Assembly (NCBI GenBank): GCA_963789615.1
Contig: CAWBLI010000009.1
Coordinates: 11,892-75,891 of the forward strand
Origin: an uncultured Actinomycetota bacterium
GTDB lineage: Bacteria > Actinomycetota > Actinomycetes > JAFAQI01
Reading direction: 5' to 3'
Length of the DNA stretch: 64,000 bases
Below the pieces are notes generated by a model that made no database searches, had not been told where the DNA came from, and saw only the letters and a program-made list of their open reading frames with translations. Positions 49,537-59,812 of the stretch are shown here, one piece after another. The translations under genes were made by a program, and so were the position numbers. The first letter of the stretch is position 1. Each line of letters begins with the position of its first letter.

Positions 49537-52459
49537 TTACCACCCCTCGGTGGAGCACCCGATCCAGCATGTCCACGAAGAAGGTTGCGGCTCGACGCGG
49601 AAAGGCACATCGGCGGCTTGATCTTGAGGACGTTCATCCGGTCGCCGGTGGGCTGGACCACCACGCCGAGCTCGAGCATCCGCTCACAGATCGCCACTGT
49701 CTCGGCGACGGCGGGCTCCCGGGTGGCGCGGTCGCGCACCAGCTCGACGCCCATGTAGAGGCCCATCCCGTGGACCGCGCCGATCATCGGGTGCCGCGCC
49801 TGCAGCTCCTCGAGCTCACTGCGTAAGGCAGCGCCGATGGTGCGCGCGTTGGGCTGCAGCTCCTCGTCCAGCATCACGTCGAGCACGGTCATCCCGATCG
49901 GCAGCTCACCGGGCTGGCACCTGCCGAGGAGAAGAAGTAGCCCTCCCGAGCGAACGAGTCCGCGATCTCGCGGCGGCAGATCACCGCGCCGAGCGGTTGG
50001 CCGTTCCCCATGCCCTTGGCGACCGTGATGATGTCCGGAACCACTCGCTGCTGCTCGAAACCCCAGAAGAACTCACCCAGCCGGCCGTAGCCGACCTGGA
50101 CCTCGTCCGCGATGCAGACACCACCGGTACGTCGGACCTCGTCGTACACCGCCCGCAGGTACCCGTCCGGCAACGGGATCCCGCCGGCATTGCCGTAGTA
50201 GGGCTCGGCGATGAAGGCCCCGATCCGGGTGCCTGAGGCAGCCAGCCGCCGCAGCGTCGCGACGGCGTCCTCGACATACCGCTCTGCCGCATCGTCGCCG
50301 TGAAAATCCCCGCGATAGTTGTTCGGTGCGCGCAGCGTGTGCACCCAGTCCGGTCGGGTGACCAGCGCCTGCGGGTTGTCCGCGACCGAGGTCGACACGG
50401 CGTCGGTCGCGACCGACCAGCCGTGGTAGGCCTCGAGGATGGCCACGACGTCCCGGCGCCCGGTGTGGATGCCGGCGAGGCGCAGCGCGAGGTCGTTTGC
50501 TTCGGTGCCGCTGTTGACGAGGAAGACGGTGTCCAGACCATCGGGCGCCAGCGACGCCAGCCGATCCGCGAACGCGCCGAGTACGCCGTAGTGGAACCGC
50601 GAGTTCGTGTTGAGCAGCGACCACTGCCGCGCGCTAGCCGCGGCGAGGCGAGGATGTCCGTGGCCGACCACGGTCACGTTGTTGATCATGTCCACGTAGA
50701 CCCGACCGGTCACGTCGACCAGGTGGTGCCGCCAGCCACGTTCGATCTGAGGTGGCACCTGGTAGTAGTGCTCCTGGACGGCAGCGAAGGCGTCCCGCTG
50801 GGTGACCGGCAGTGACTCGACCAGGGCCGCGTCACCGACGTCGAGTCCCAGCAGACCCGAGGGATCCGGGCACACGGCGAACCAGCCGGCGGCGAGTTGC
50901 GGCAGACAGAACTCCGGTGGGACCAGATCCGTCATCGAACACAGCTGGATCCGCAGCGAACCGGGACCGACCGACCCGATCTGTTGGCCGGCGACGGCCG
51001 AATCCTTCTCGGGCCTGAGCTCGACACCGCTGAGGAGCAGCGACATCTCCTGCCCGGCCAGCCGCACGCGCCCGTCGCCGAGTTGCCGCAGCTCCCCATC
51101 GAACGGCGCAACGACAGCCTGCCCAGTGGGCAACCGGATCTCGACATGAAGCGCGCACGTCGGTGACGCGTCGGCGACGTCCGGGCGGGATCGGGTCAGC
51201 CGGCACTCGCCGTACCTCGTCATCGCAACCGCGCCGGGCTGCGCCATGGCCCGTCTGGCGACCGCCTCCTCGGCGTCGTCGTCGAGCCAGCGGCCAGCAT
51301 CCAGGCTCGCGCTGGTCGGCGACAGATCCAGCGTCGTCAGGCACGCCGGGTCGAGTGACGGCAGCAGCCGCCGGTACCGCGCCCGATCCGGACGTGGTGC
51401 CGGCGGCCGACCCAGGCCATGCCGCAGTGCTGCGCTCATCGCCGGCAGCGGGACCGACGTCGCGCACTCGAAAATCGACCAGTCACGCTCCTGCGAACGC
51501 TCGGCGTACTCATTGTCGGGACTGATGCTGATCTGCTGCTGACCGCTGACGACGAGCACCGCTGCCCGCTCGACGACCAGCGGCCACAGGGCGTCGATCT
51601 CGTGGTCGGTGAGCGAAAGCCGAGCGTCGAAGCCGCGGATCACCGGCAGCACCGCCATCGGGTCGGCGTCCGATCGGTAGAGCAGCGACGCGCACGCGAC
51701 GGCGAGATCACCGATCCGCCAGCTGCGGGCGAGGTCCCCGAAGTCGATGACACCGCCCGGCACGATCCGGCCAGCGTCGTCGTGCCGGCCGACCACGTTG
51801 TCCTCGGTGAGGTCGCCGTGGATGGGCTGGACCGGCAGGGCCGCACTGACGGCGAGCACGGCCTCGGAGCGCGCGACGGCGGCGGTCAACGCCGCCACTC
51901 GAGCCGGGTCGCTGACGTGGGGCAGCAGCAGGTCGACGACGCGGTTCGCCTGCCGCAGGTCCCACTGCAGGGTGCGGTCGAGGCCGTCGTGGTCGAAGTC
52001 CGCCAGTGCCGCGGACATGGCCGCGACCAGGTCGCCGAGACCGGTCAGGGCAGCCGGTGAGAGGTAGGGCGCGGCGGCCAGCACCTCGCCTTCGACGTAG
52101 GTCACCATCCGGACGGCACAGCTCTCGCCCGCGACGTCGATCGTGGAGATCTCGGTGCCGTCCAGTGCGGGTACGACGACGGGGAGGCAGGTGTCGGGAA
52201 CTCGGCAGGCGACCCAGCTCATAGCCGCGTTCTGGGCCTCCAGCTCCCGGGCGTGGAACGCCGAGTTGGCGACCTTGAGCACGGTGCGCCCGATCGTGTC
52301 CCCGGTCGCGCCGACCCGGACGTTGTAGTCCTGCTGACTGCCGAGCAGCGCCAGATCGCCGTCGCGGCCGTAGGCGTCACGAACGATCTCCCGAGCCCGC
52401 TCGAGCGAGATCTCCGGGTTGGCCAACGTTGACGACACGAAGAAGTCGAAGAACGACAC
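49537..52459 (-). CDS. Phosphotransferase (APH/hydroxylysine kinase-like) + class III PLP aminotransferase/phospho-lyase fusion; 3' frameshifts
   Basis: IHGDLT..N and IDFGD kinase motifs; NSGTEAND, YHG, DEVQ.GYGR, TVAKGMGNG (PLP Lys), KIKPP. Confidence 0.85.
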
Positions 52460-52614
52460 CGCCACCCCTCCACGGCGGTCAACGCCCGCCGGAAGTCGAA
52501 CTGTACGTGAGACCGTTCCGGAGCGGTCCGGACTGGCCGTCACCACCGATTTCCCACCCGGTCGAATCGTCCTCTAGACTTGCCGCGTCCCCGACGGAGG
52601 ACGTCGAGGCATCC

Positions 52615-52687
52615 GCCCTCATCGTCCAGTGGCCTAGGACGCCGCCCTTTCAAGGCGGTAACACGGGTTCGAATCCCGTTGGGGGTA
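52615..52687 (+). tRNA. tRNA-Glu(UUC)
   Basis: Cloverleaf; anticodon arm CCGCC-CTTTCAA-GGCGG; TTCGAA T-loop. Confidence 0.95.
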
Positions 52688-52706
52688 CGCCAGACCTCTT
52701 CACCGA

Positions 52707-52780
52707 GGTCCCGTGGAGCAGCTGGAGTGCTCGCCGCCCTGTCAAGGCGGAGGTCGCGGGTTCAAATCCCGTCGGGACCG
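52707..52780 (+). tRNA. tRNA-Asp(GUC)
   Basis: Cloverleaf; anticodon arm CCGCC-CTGTCAA-GGCGG; TTCAAA T-loop. Confidence 0.95.
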
Positions 52781-52890
52781 CTCATTCACTGTCATTGCGA
52801 GTCGACTGCACCAGTCGGGCTAACGGCGAGGCCCCAGTTTGGGCCGGATGGCGCCGCCTGACGTTGGCGGGAGCCGGGCATGACAACACC

Positions 52891-53094
52891 ATGACCGACT
52901 CAGACTTCGTCACCATGCACGCGTGGCTGCGTTACAACCGCGCCCGCTACGAGATGTTGGCCCGGCGGGCCGAACGCGAGGCCGCACGGACAGTCAGCGT
53001 TTCCCCGACGCGACGAACGACCGGACCGCAGCTAGTCCACGGCGCGCTCGTTCAGCAGCGCGGGCCGACATTGGAGTGGTCGAGCCAGCGTTAG
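52891..53094 (+). CDS. Small hypothetical protein
   Basis: MTDSDFVTMHAWLRYNRARYEMLARR; no motif recognised. Confidence 0.4.
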   Translation: MTDSDFVTMHAWLRYNRARYEMLARRAEREAARTVSVSPTRRTTGPQLVHGALVQQRGPTLEWSSQR

Positions 53095-53141
53095 GCGGAA
53101 CTGGCAGACGAATGATCATCCGAGGCGGCACAATTCCCGCC

Positions 53142-53621
53142 ATGCAACGTTCCGGGACCCGCGCGGCTCTGGATCTCTACGACGAGCTCAGTGGGCCAGA
53201 CGCCCGGGTTGCCGCGTCTGGGCGCGAGGACTCGCTCGTCCTGGTCCATGCGCTGCTCCGGCCGCCGGCCGGCCCCGGACTCCAGCAATGGGAGCGGCAC
53301 ACCAGCAGCCATCCCCTGGTTCTCGACGCCGCGGATCAGCAGCGGGCCGCCTGCGGACTCCGGATGAAAGTCGTCCTGCCCTACCCGTTCGACGAGGAGG
53401 ACGCCGACGCCTGCCCGGGCTGCCGGCGCGAGACGTCCCGCTGGGCGCTCAACCCCGACGGGTGGTGGCTGGAGCAACGCCGGTGGGAACAGCGCAAGCG
53501 GGACGGCGGCGACCTGACCGAGAACGTCGCGTTGTGGCGGGCGCTGGAGGATCGCCGGCGTTCGTGGATCGAGCGCCGCGCCCAGGCCGGCGGGTCCGAC
53601 GAGCCGAGTCCGGCGAACTAG
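53142..53621 (+). CDS. Hypothetical protein with a putative Zn finger
   Basis: VHA...AACG...DACPGC. Confidence 0.55.
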   Translation: MQRSGTRAALDLYDELSGPDARVAASGREDSLVLVHALLRPPAGPGLQQWERHTSSHPLVLDAADQQRAACGLRMKVVLPYPFDEEDADACPGCRRETSRWALNPDGWWLEQRRWEQRKRDGGDLTENVALWRALEDRRRSWIERRAQAGGSDEPSPAN

Positions 53622-53638
53622 TCCTCGGCCAGTACGCC

Positions 53639-54937
53639 TCAGTCGTCCGTGACCAGCCACCGCTCGAGCAGCTCCCAGACGCGGGGATGGTTGAGCAGGT
53701 CGAAGTGGTGCAGCCCACCGAGGTGCGCGCCGCGGTCGATCTCGAACTCGAGCCGCCGCGATCGGCCCGCACCGGAGGCGCTCGGGAAGGTGACGAGCGA
53801 GTCGCCAATCAACCGGGCAACCAGGTGGTTCTGCTCGCGGGTGAGGGTCGCACCGACGTAGTAGTGCTCGGCCGAGCCGAGCAGCGGCGCGCATTCACCG
53901 GGCTCCGCGCGCCAGGCGTCGAAGTCCTCGATCGACGACCAGTCCGCGGCCAGGATGTCGCCGTACCTGAGGTCCTTGATGCCGACGCTGCGACTCGCGA
54001 GGGCGACCGCGACCGGCCGGGTCTCGGGCAGCCTGCGCATCGCGGCACCGGCGCGGGCGACGGCGACCTCGAGCGGCGCCCCGAGATGTGGGGCGCCGAG
54101 GTACACGATGCGACGAACCCGGCAGACCCAGTCGCTGTCCTCCTGCTGGCCTCGGGCGCAGGCCGATCTGATGACCAGACCGCCGAGTGAGTGCCCGACC
54201 AGCGTGAGCCGGTTGACCGCCGTCGGCCAGTGATCCACCAGACCGTCGAGCAACGCGGCCAGGTCATCGCCGTTGTCGGAGATGTGACGCCCGGTGTTGT
54301 AGCGCAGGTACACCGGCGTGGCTCCGATGGCCTGGGTCAGCCGATAGCCGTGGGACGACCGCGGGTTGCCGTAGTGGCCGCGAGCCCCGAGCCACCAGCT
54401 CAGCTCGGTCTCGCACAGGCCGTGCAGGAACACCACCACGTCGCCGGAGGCCTCGGGGAACGCCTTAGCCAACGACGCCGCGTCGACCGGGACGTCCCGA
54501 CCCTCCGCACGGATCGTCATCGACAGTGCCAGCGGGTTCCGCCACTTGCCCAGCTGGTCTCCCCATGCGCCGTTGAGCGCTCCGATCACGACGTTTCCGC
54601 GCGTCCGGTCGGCCAGCGGGACGTACGCCTCGGGGTTCCGCTGGGCGGCGACCGCACCGGCCAGCTTTCCTGCGGAGTACGACGTGGCCCGCAGGCCGCC
54701 GCCGACCGCGGCATACACGCCGCTGCTCAGCCCCTGGTGCATCACGCGGACCGGGGCGGCTGCGGGCCCGGTCAGCCGGAACACCCGCTCGGCGATCGCC
54801 TGGTGAACGTCGCGGATCAAGGCCGTCGAGGCCGCGAGACCCCGACCGGCGATCGTCGCCACACCATCCAGCTCGGACCTGATGTCTGCGCTCGCCGTCA
54901 CGGCCTCATTGGACGACACGTCGGCCGCCAACTGCAA
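53639..54937 (-). CDS. Alpha/beta hydrolase (PGAP1-like lipase/esterase)
   Basis: FLHGL, RYNTG, GHSLGG, LGAPHLGAPL, GD.LV, HFDLL. Confidence 0.88.
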   Translation of the reverse strand: MQLAADVSSNEAVTASADIRSELDGVATIAGRGLAASTALIRDVHQAIAERVFRLTGPAAAPVRVMHQGLSSGVYAAVGGGLRATSYSAGKLAGAVAAQRNPEAYVPLADRTRGNVVIGALNGAWGDQLGKWRNPLALSMTIRAEGRDVPVDAASLAKAFPEASGDVVVFLHGLCETELSWWLGARGHYGNPRSSHGYRLTQAIGATPVYLRYNTGRHISDNGDDLAALLDGLVDHWPTAVNRLTLVGHSLGGLVIRSACARGQQEDSDWVCRVRRIVYLGAPHLGAPLEVAVARAGAAMRRLPETRPVAVALASRSVGIKDLRYGDILAADWSSIEDFDAWRAEPGECAPLLGSAEHYYVGATLTREQNHLVARLIGDSLVTFPSASGAGRSRRLEFEIDRGAHLGGLHHFDLLNHPRVWELLERWLVTDD

Positions 54938-54955
54938 CCACCATGGCGCGCGATG

Positions 54956-55240
54956 TCAGACCAATCCGCTGAAGCTCGTGTCGGGGTCGTCCGCCGCGCC
55001 CGGCTCGCTCGCAACCCCGGTGTCCGGGTCGGCCGCAGCGGTCGACTGCCGGCGCCCGGCGGCGATCCGGCGTACCGCCAACAGCGTGATCGCGGATCCG
55101 GCCACGAGCAGCACCACCGGTATGGCGACCAGCCAGTTGAGCCGCGTGTCCGTCGTGTGGGTAAGCGCGTAGCCCGCGGCGATCAGCAGGAACACCAGCC
55201 CCGAGAACAGCGACACCGGATCCAGCTCATGACGACGCAT
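54956..55240 (-). CDS. Small two-TM membrane protein of the PspC locus
   Basis: MRRHELDPVSLFSGLVFL; overlaps the end of the PspC gene. Confidence 0.7.
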   Translation of the reverse strand: MRRHELDPVSLFSGLVFLLIAAGYALTHTTDTRLNWLVAIPVVLLVAGSAITLLAVRRIAAGRRQSTAAADPDTGVASEPGAADDPDTSFSGLV

Positions 55241-56370
55241 GGCGCACCTCTATCTCTCCGTACCCGACCTGCAGGTCGAGCGACATCGGTGGCGATGACC
55301 CCGTGCCGGCCACGCTCTCCCGCACGTCGAGACCGGTCCCGTTGTGGTCACGGCCGAACACCATGACGTCGCCCGCCGACGCCCGGGCGTGGACGTCGAC
55401 CGCCGCGCCGGGCGGCACGAGGACCGTGAGCTGCCCGGCTCCGATCCGACTGGCGACGTTGACCGACGCGGCGGAGTCGAGCTGGGTCAGGTCCAGGGTG
55501 GCATCGCCAGCACCGAGCACGTAGGGGGTTGTCGGGGCAGTACCTACGGGCGTCCAGGTCCGGTCGCCCGCCGTCCAGGTGAGGTTGCGGGGAAGGGCAT
55601 CCGTCGCGGACAGGGCGACGACCAAGACGATCCCGAGGGGGATCAACAGCCAGGCCCGCCCTACCAGCGCGCCGACCAGCAGGCCGAGGCCGACCACCGC
55701 GACGCACACGGCGAGGACATCTGCCGGTTGCGGGTGGGCGGCGCCGGTCAGACCCACGATGCTGACGACGCCAGCAGCGAGCAGGGTCGCACCGACCGTC
55801 AGCCAGCCCAGCCACGAGGGTGGCCGTCGGGTCGTCGTCGGGGGGACCCAGGGCGTGGTCGGCGGCTGCCAGCTGCTCGACGGAGTCCCCCAGGTGCGGC
55901 GTGCCGCGCGCCTGGTAGCCCAGGTCGCTGTCAGGAGACCCGCTCGGTTCCCCCTGTCGAGCCTTGCCGAGCAGCGCGACGAGGACCAGCACACCCGCGA
56001 TGACGATGGCCGCGCCGTTGAAACGGAACGAGAACAGGTAGTTGTTGAGGATCAGTGAGACAGCGATGAGCGCCGTCACCACGATGACGGCGTCGCGGCG
56101 GCGTGGGCTGTGCTGTCCGCCGAGCCAGCTCTCCAAGCGGGTGGTCGGGCTGCCCGGCTCCGGGATGGCGACCCAGGCGACGCCGTAGGCGATGATGCCG
56201 ATGCCGCCGAAAAAGGCGAGCACGGCCAGGGTGACGCGGAAGATCACCGGGTCGACATCGAAGTACTCGCCGAGCCCTTGGCAGACTCCAGCGACCATTC
56301 GTCCGTCGTGTGGTCGGTACAGCCGCCGATGTTCGGCCGCGGTGGCATCAGTGCTCATGCCGTTGATCAT
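55227..56370 (-). CDS. PspC-domain membrane protein with LiaF/DUF2154-like C-terminus (EsrI-like); frameshift near 55880
   Basis: RLYRPHDGRMVAGVCQGLGEYFDVDP...YGVAW..IP; C-terminal GAGDATLDLT...G.L.V.VP. Confidence 0.85.
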
Positions 56371-56394
56371 GCGAGCCGACGCCGGACATCGGCA

Positions 56395-56426
56395 TCAGGG
56401 ACTGACCCTGAGATCAACCCTGAGAT
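56395..56426. promoter_or_regulatory. Response-regulator box: TCAGGG-N5-CCCTGA plus direct repeat ACCCTGAGAT x2
   Basis: Lies between the divergent PspC gene and the PspC-kinase/regulator pair. Confidence 0.7.
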
Positions 56427-56472
56427 TCAGTAGGGGAGACCTCGTGCCGGTTCATGCGTGTGACCATGGCCC

Positions 56473-57702
56473 ATGGCTTCGCCCGCTGCGCCCGTGACGC
56501 GTCGCCTGTACCGGCGCCGCGACGGGCGACTCGTGGGCGGTGTCGCGAGCGGGCTGTCGGAGCACCTGGGTTTCGACGTCGTACTGCTCCGAGTCGGGTT
56601 CGTGGTCGCAGTCCTGCTCGGTGGCTTCGGAGTGTTCCTCTACGCCGCGTTCTGGGTCGTAGTGCCGCAGGCTCCCGACGACCCGCAAGCACCAGAGGGC
56701 CCGGCCACGCCCGCCTCGGCGGCGTCGCGTGCCCAGCTGATCGGGTTCGCGGTGCTCGGCGTGGGGATGCTCACACTGGCTCAGCTGATCGGGTTCGGAC
56801 CCGGACTGCTGTGGCCTGGCGCCGTCGCAGTGACCGGAGCGGCCATCCTGTGGCGGCAGGCCGACGAGTCGCAGCGGCTGCGGTGGCGGTCGAGTGCCGC
56901 GCGAGGCACCCGGCTGATCACCGGAGCTCCGAGGCGGCAGTCCGTGCTCCGCGCCTGCGTCGGGCTGCTGCTGGTGGCGATCGGGATGGCGAGCTTCCTG
57001 GCCGCTCACGGCGCGCTTCACCAGGCGCGGCGGGCCACCCTGCCGGTCCTCGTCGTCGTACTGGGACTGGCTCTCGTGGTCGGGCCGTGGATGCTGCAGA
57101 CGTTCCAGCAGCTCAGCGCCGAGCGGACCGCCCGGATCCGCGAGCACGAGCGGGTCGAGCTCGCCGGTCAGGTCCACGACTCGATGTTGCAGACGCTGAC
57201 GCTGATCCAGCGGCGAGCCGACGACCCCGACGAGGTGCTGCGGCTGGTTCGACGATCGGAGCGCGAGCTCCGCGGCTGGCTGTACACCGCCGCGGCACCG
57301 CAGGAGTCCCTCCGGGCGGCGATCCTCGTGGTGAGTGCCGAGGTGGAGGACGAGTACCCCGTGACCATCGACGTCGTCATGGTCGGGGAGGCCTCGGTGA
57401 CGCCCGCGGTAGAAGCACTCGTCCAGGCGGTCCGAGAGGCCGTCCTGAACGCTGCCAAGCACTCCGGCGACCCGAGACTCTCGGTGTACGTCGAGGCCGG
57501 GGACGACCAGATCGCGGTGTTCGTCCGGGACCGCGGCCGCGGTTTCACCCTCGACACGATCCCCGAGGACCGGTACGGCGTCCGCGAGTCGGTGGTGGCT
57601 CGGATGCGGCGGCACGGCGGCGATGCGGAGATCCGGACATCGACCGGCGCAGGCACCGAGATTCGGCTGACGCTGCCGAAGGTCCCGGTGAGCGACGGAT
57701 GA
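56473..57702 (+). CDS. PspC-domain sensor histidine kinase (EsrS-like)
   Basis: N-terminal PspC; ELAGQVHDSMLQTL; EAVLNAAKHSG; RDRGRGF. Confidence 0.92.
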   Translation: MASPAAPVTRRLYRRRDGRLVGGVASGLSEHLGFDVVLLRVGFVVAVLLGGFGVFLYAAFWVVVPQAPDDPQAPEGPATPASAASRAQLIGFAVLGVGMLTLAQLIGFGPGLLWPGAVAVTGAAILWRQADESQRLRWRSSAARGTRLITGAPRRQSVLRACVGLLLVAIGMASFLAAHGALHQARRATLPVLVVVLGLALVVGPWMLQTFQQLSAERTARIREHERVELAGQVHDSMLQTLTLIQRRADDPDEVLRLVRRSERELRGWLYTAAAPQESLRAAILVVSAEVEDEYPVTIDVVMVGEASVTPAVEALVQAVREAVLNAAKHSGDPRLSVYVEAGDDQIAVFVRDRGRGFTLDTIPEDRYGVRESVVARMRRHGGDAEIRTSTGAGTEIRLTLPKVPVSDG

Positions 57703-58358
57703 CCGAGCCCCCGCCGGTCACCCGTGTGGTGCTCGTCGACGATCACTCGCTGGTCCGCGCCGGAGTCCGCGCCGAGCTGTCGTCACGGCTCGACATCGTC
57801 GGCGAGGCGGGCGACATCACCGAGGCCATCGCCTGCATCCTGCGGACCGCGCCCGACGTAGTGCTGCTGGACGTCCACCTGCCCGGCGGCACCGGTGACG
57901 CAGTGATCCACGCCGTCCACGAATCGGCGCCGGAGGTGCGGTTCCTTGCGCTGTCCGTGTCGGATGCCGAGGACGACGTGATCCGCGTGATCCGAGCCGG
58001 GGCTCGCGGCTACGTCACCAAGACCATCCGAGGTGAGGAGCTCGCCGACGCCATCGACCGCGTGGCCGCCGGTGACGCGGTCTTCTCACCGCGACTGGCG
58101 GGGTTCGTCCTCGACGCGTTCACTGGCGAGCAGCCTCCCGAACCTCAGCCGCAGACCGATCTCGACGTCCTCACTCCGCGAGAGCGAGAGGTGTTGCGGA
58201 TGATCGCCCGCGGCTATACCTACCGTGAGACCGCCACCGAGCTGTTCGTCTCGATCAAGACGGTGGAGACTCACGTGTCCTCGGTGCTGCGCAAGCTGCA
58301 GCTGAGTAACCGGCGGGAGCTCACCCGCTGGGCCAGCGAGCGACGGCTGCTTCCCTGA
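57699..58358 (+). CDS. NarL-family response regulator (EsrR-like)
   Basis: VDDH, LLDVHLP, YVTK, KTVETHVSSVLRKLQ. Confidence 0.93.
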   Translation: MTEPPPVTRVVLVDDHSLVRAGVRAELSSRLDIVGEAGDITEAIACILRTAPDVVLLDVHLPGGTGDAVIHAVHESAPEVRFLALSVSDAEDDVIRVIRAGARGYVTKTIRGEELADAIDRVAAGDAVFSPRLAGFVLDAFTGEQPPEPQPQTDLDVLTPREREVLRMIARGYTYRETATELFVSIKTVETHVSSVLRKLQLSNRRELTRWASERRLLP

Positions 58359-58432
58359 TCCCTGTAAAGTGGCCGGGCACCTCAGCACGACCCGGTTTGC
58401 GGACCTCGGCGGCCAGCCGTACGCCGCAGGAC

Positions 58433-58506
58433 GGGCAGGTAGCTCAGTTGGTACGAGCGCCCGCCTGAAAAGCGGGAGGTCGGCGGTTCGACCCCGCCCC
58501 TGCCCA
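58433..58506 (+). tRNA. tRNA-Phe(GAA)
   Basis: GGGCAGGTAGCTCAGTTGGTACGAGCGCCCGCCTGAAAAGCGGGAGGTCGGCGGTTCGACCCCGCCCCTGCCCA. Confidence 0.95.
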
Positions 58507-58516
58507 CTGGCGACGA

Positions 58517-59692
58517 TCAGCGTCGCCAGCGCCACCGGCCCCGGATGGCCTGTGCTGCCAGCCGAGCCGCATCACGCATCGTCGGGTCGGCGGGAGCCGG
58601 TCGCTTGGCCGACTTCGAGGCGGCGGGCCGCAGCTGGCGGGACTGGAGACAGGCACCGATCAGCGCTTGGACAGCCGCGTCGATCGGGACCACGGCCGGA
58701 CCCTCCACCGCCTCGTCGGCGTCGGGCGGGGGCATGGGCGTGGCCAGTCCTGCCAGGTCACCGATCACCTCGATGCCGAGGGCCTCGATGCGCTGCGGGA
58801 GGTCAGCGGTGATCTCCGCCGCTCGTTTCAGCGCCCACCCGGGGGTACGGATTCGCGGCTCATCCGGGTCCGGAGTTCGCTTCCACCACATCTGGTGGGC
58901 AGCTCCGCGGCGGATCCACTGGCTGTACTCCTCCCAGCTGACGTCCCGGGAGAGCAGCTCGACATTGACCCGTCGGATCAGCTCGGCCTCGGCGCCGGTC
59001 AGGGACCGGTTGGCGCGCTCCGGCAGGTCCCTGAGCGTCCCCGGCGGCAGACCCAACATGGTGTCGACGGTCCGGAAGGGCAGCTGCCGGTCGCGCTCGT
59101 CGAGGACGATCAGCGTGAGCCGCTCCGGCCCGAGCACGCGCGTCCACCGCGCGAGCACCGCGCCGTGGTTGTGCCGCTCCTGGAAGCCCCGGTAGGCCTT
59201 CATCGACTCGTCGCCGTCGAGAACGACCCGCAGCCACTCCTCGTAACTTCTTCGGGTGCCGAACTGGACGTTCTGCTGCCAGGCGGAGGGCAGCACCTTG
59301 GTCAGCGGGCGGACGGTCGCGAGCACGTGGACCCGGTCGCCGCCGAGGCCGTCGGCCACGGTCTGGATCGTCGCCTCGTCGGCGACGTCGAAGAACTCAC
59401 TGTCGATCACCACCCGCTGGTCGACACCGACGCGACCGACGGTCTCGACGAGCTCGTCCCACTTCTCCCGGGTCCGGGGTTTGGCGCCGAGCGACAACCA
59501 GCCATTCCTGCGTCCGGTGACGGCCAGCGCGGCCGTTGTGTGGTTCAGGTCGGGGCCGGGGTAGGCGATGCCGAGCGACGCGAGCTCACGTCGGGCGTGC
59601 CGGAGCGCCTGCTGGAGCCCGGTGGTCCCGCACTTGCGGAAGCCGATGTGGACCAGCCTCGCGCCGTCCGCCAGGGTCCTCGGCTCGATCAC
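58517..59692 (-). CDS. Sulfotransferase-fold (P-loop) protein, probably surface-glycan related
   Basis: VHIGFRKCGTTGLQ 5'-PSB-like motif; SE; VRP...SAWQQ; NRSL. Confidence 0.7.
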   Translation of the reverse strand: MIEPRTLADGARLVHIGFRKCGTTGLQQALRHARRELASLGIAYPGPDLNHTTAALAVTGRRNGWLSLGAKPRTREKWDELVETVGRVGVDQRVVIDSEFFDVADEATIQTVADGLGGDRVHVLATVRPLTKVLPSAWQQNVQFGTRRSYEEWLRVVLDGDESMKAYRGFQERHNHGAVLARWTRVLGPERLTLIVLDERDRQLPFRTVDTMLGLPPGTLRDLPERANRSLTGAEAELIRRVNVELLSRDVSWEEYSQWIRRGAAHQMWWKRTPDPDEPRIRTPGWALKRAAEITADLPQRIEALGIEVIGDLAGLATPMPPPDADEAVEGPAVVPIDAAVQALIGACLQSRQLRPAASKSAKRPAPADPTMRDAARLAAQAIRGRWRWRR

Positions 59693-59812
59693 GATGCCGC
59701 AACCATAGACGGGGGTCCTGGGCCGGTACTAGCACCATCGTCCAGTTGCGAGTCGGACCGCCGGGTGTCGATGCTGGGCTCGAGGGACGGGTCAGCCAGC
59801 AGCGAGGGAGTC

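Noticed and set aside
43893-58520. Prophage or integrative element at the tRNAs
   Set aside because: No integrase, phage genes or duplicated tRNA 3' ends were found by eye.
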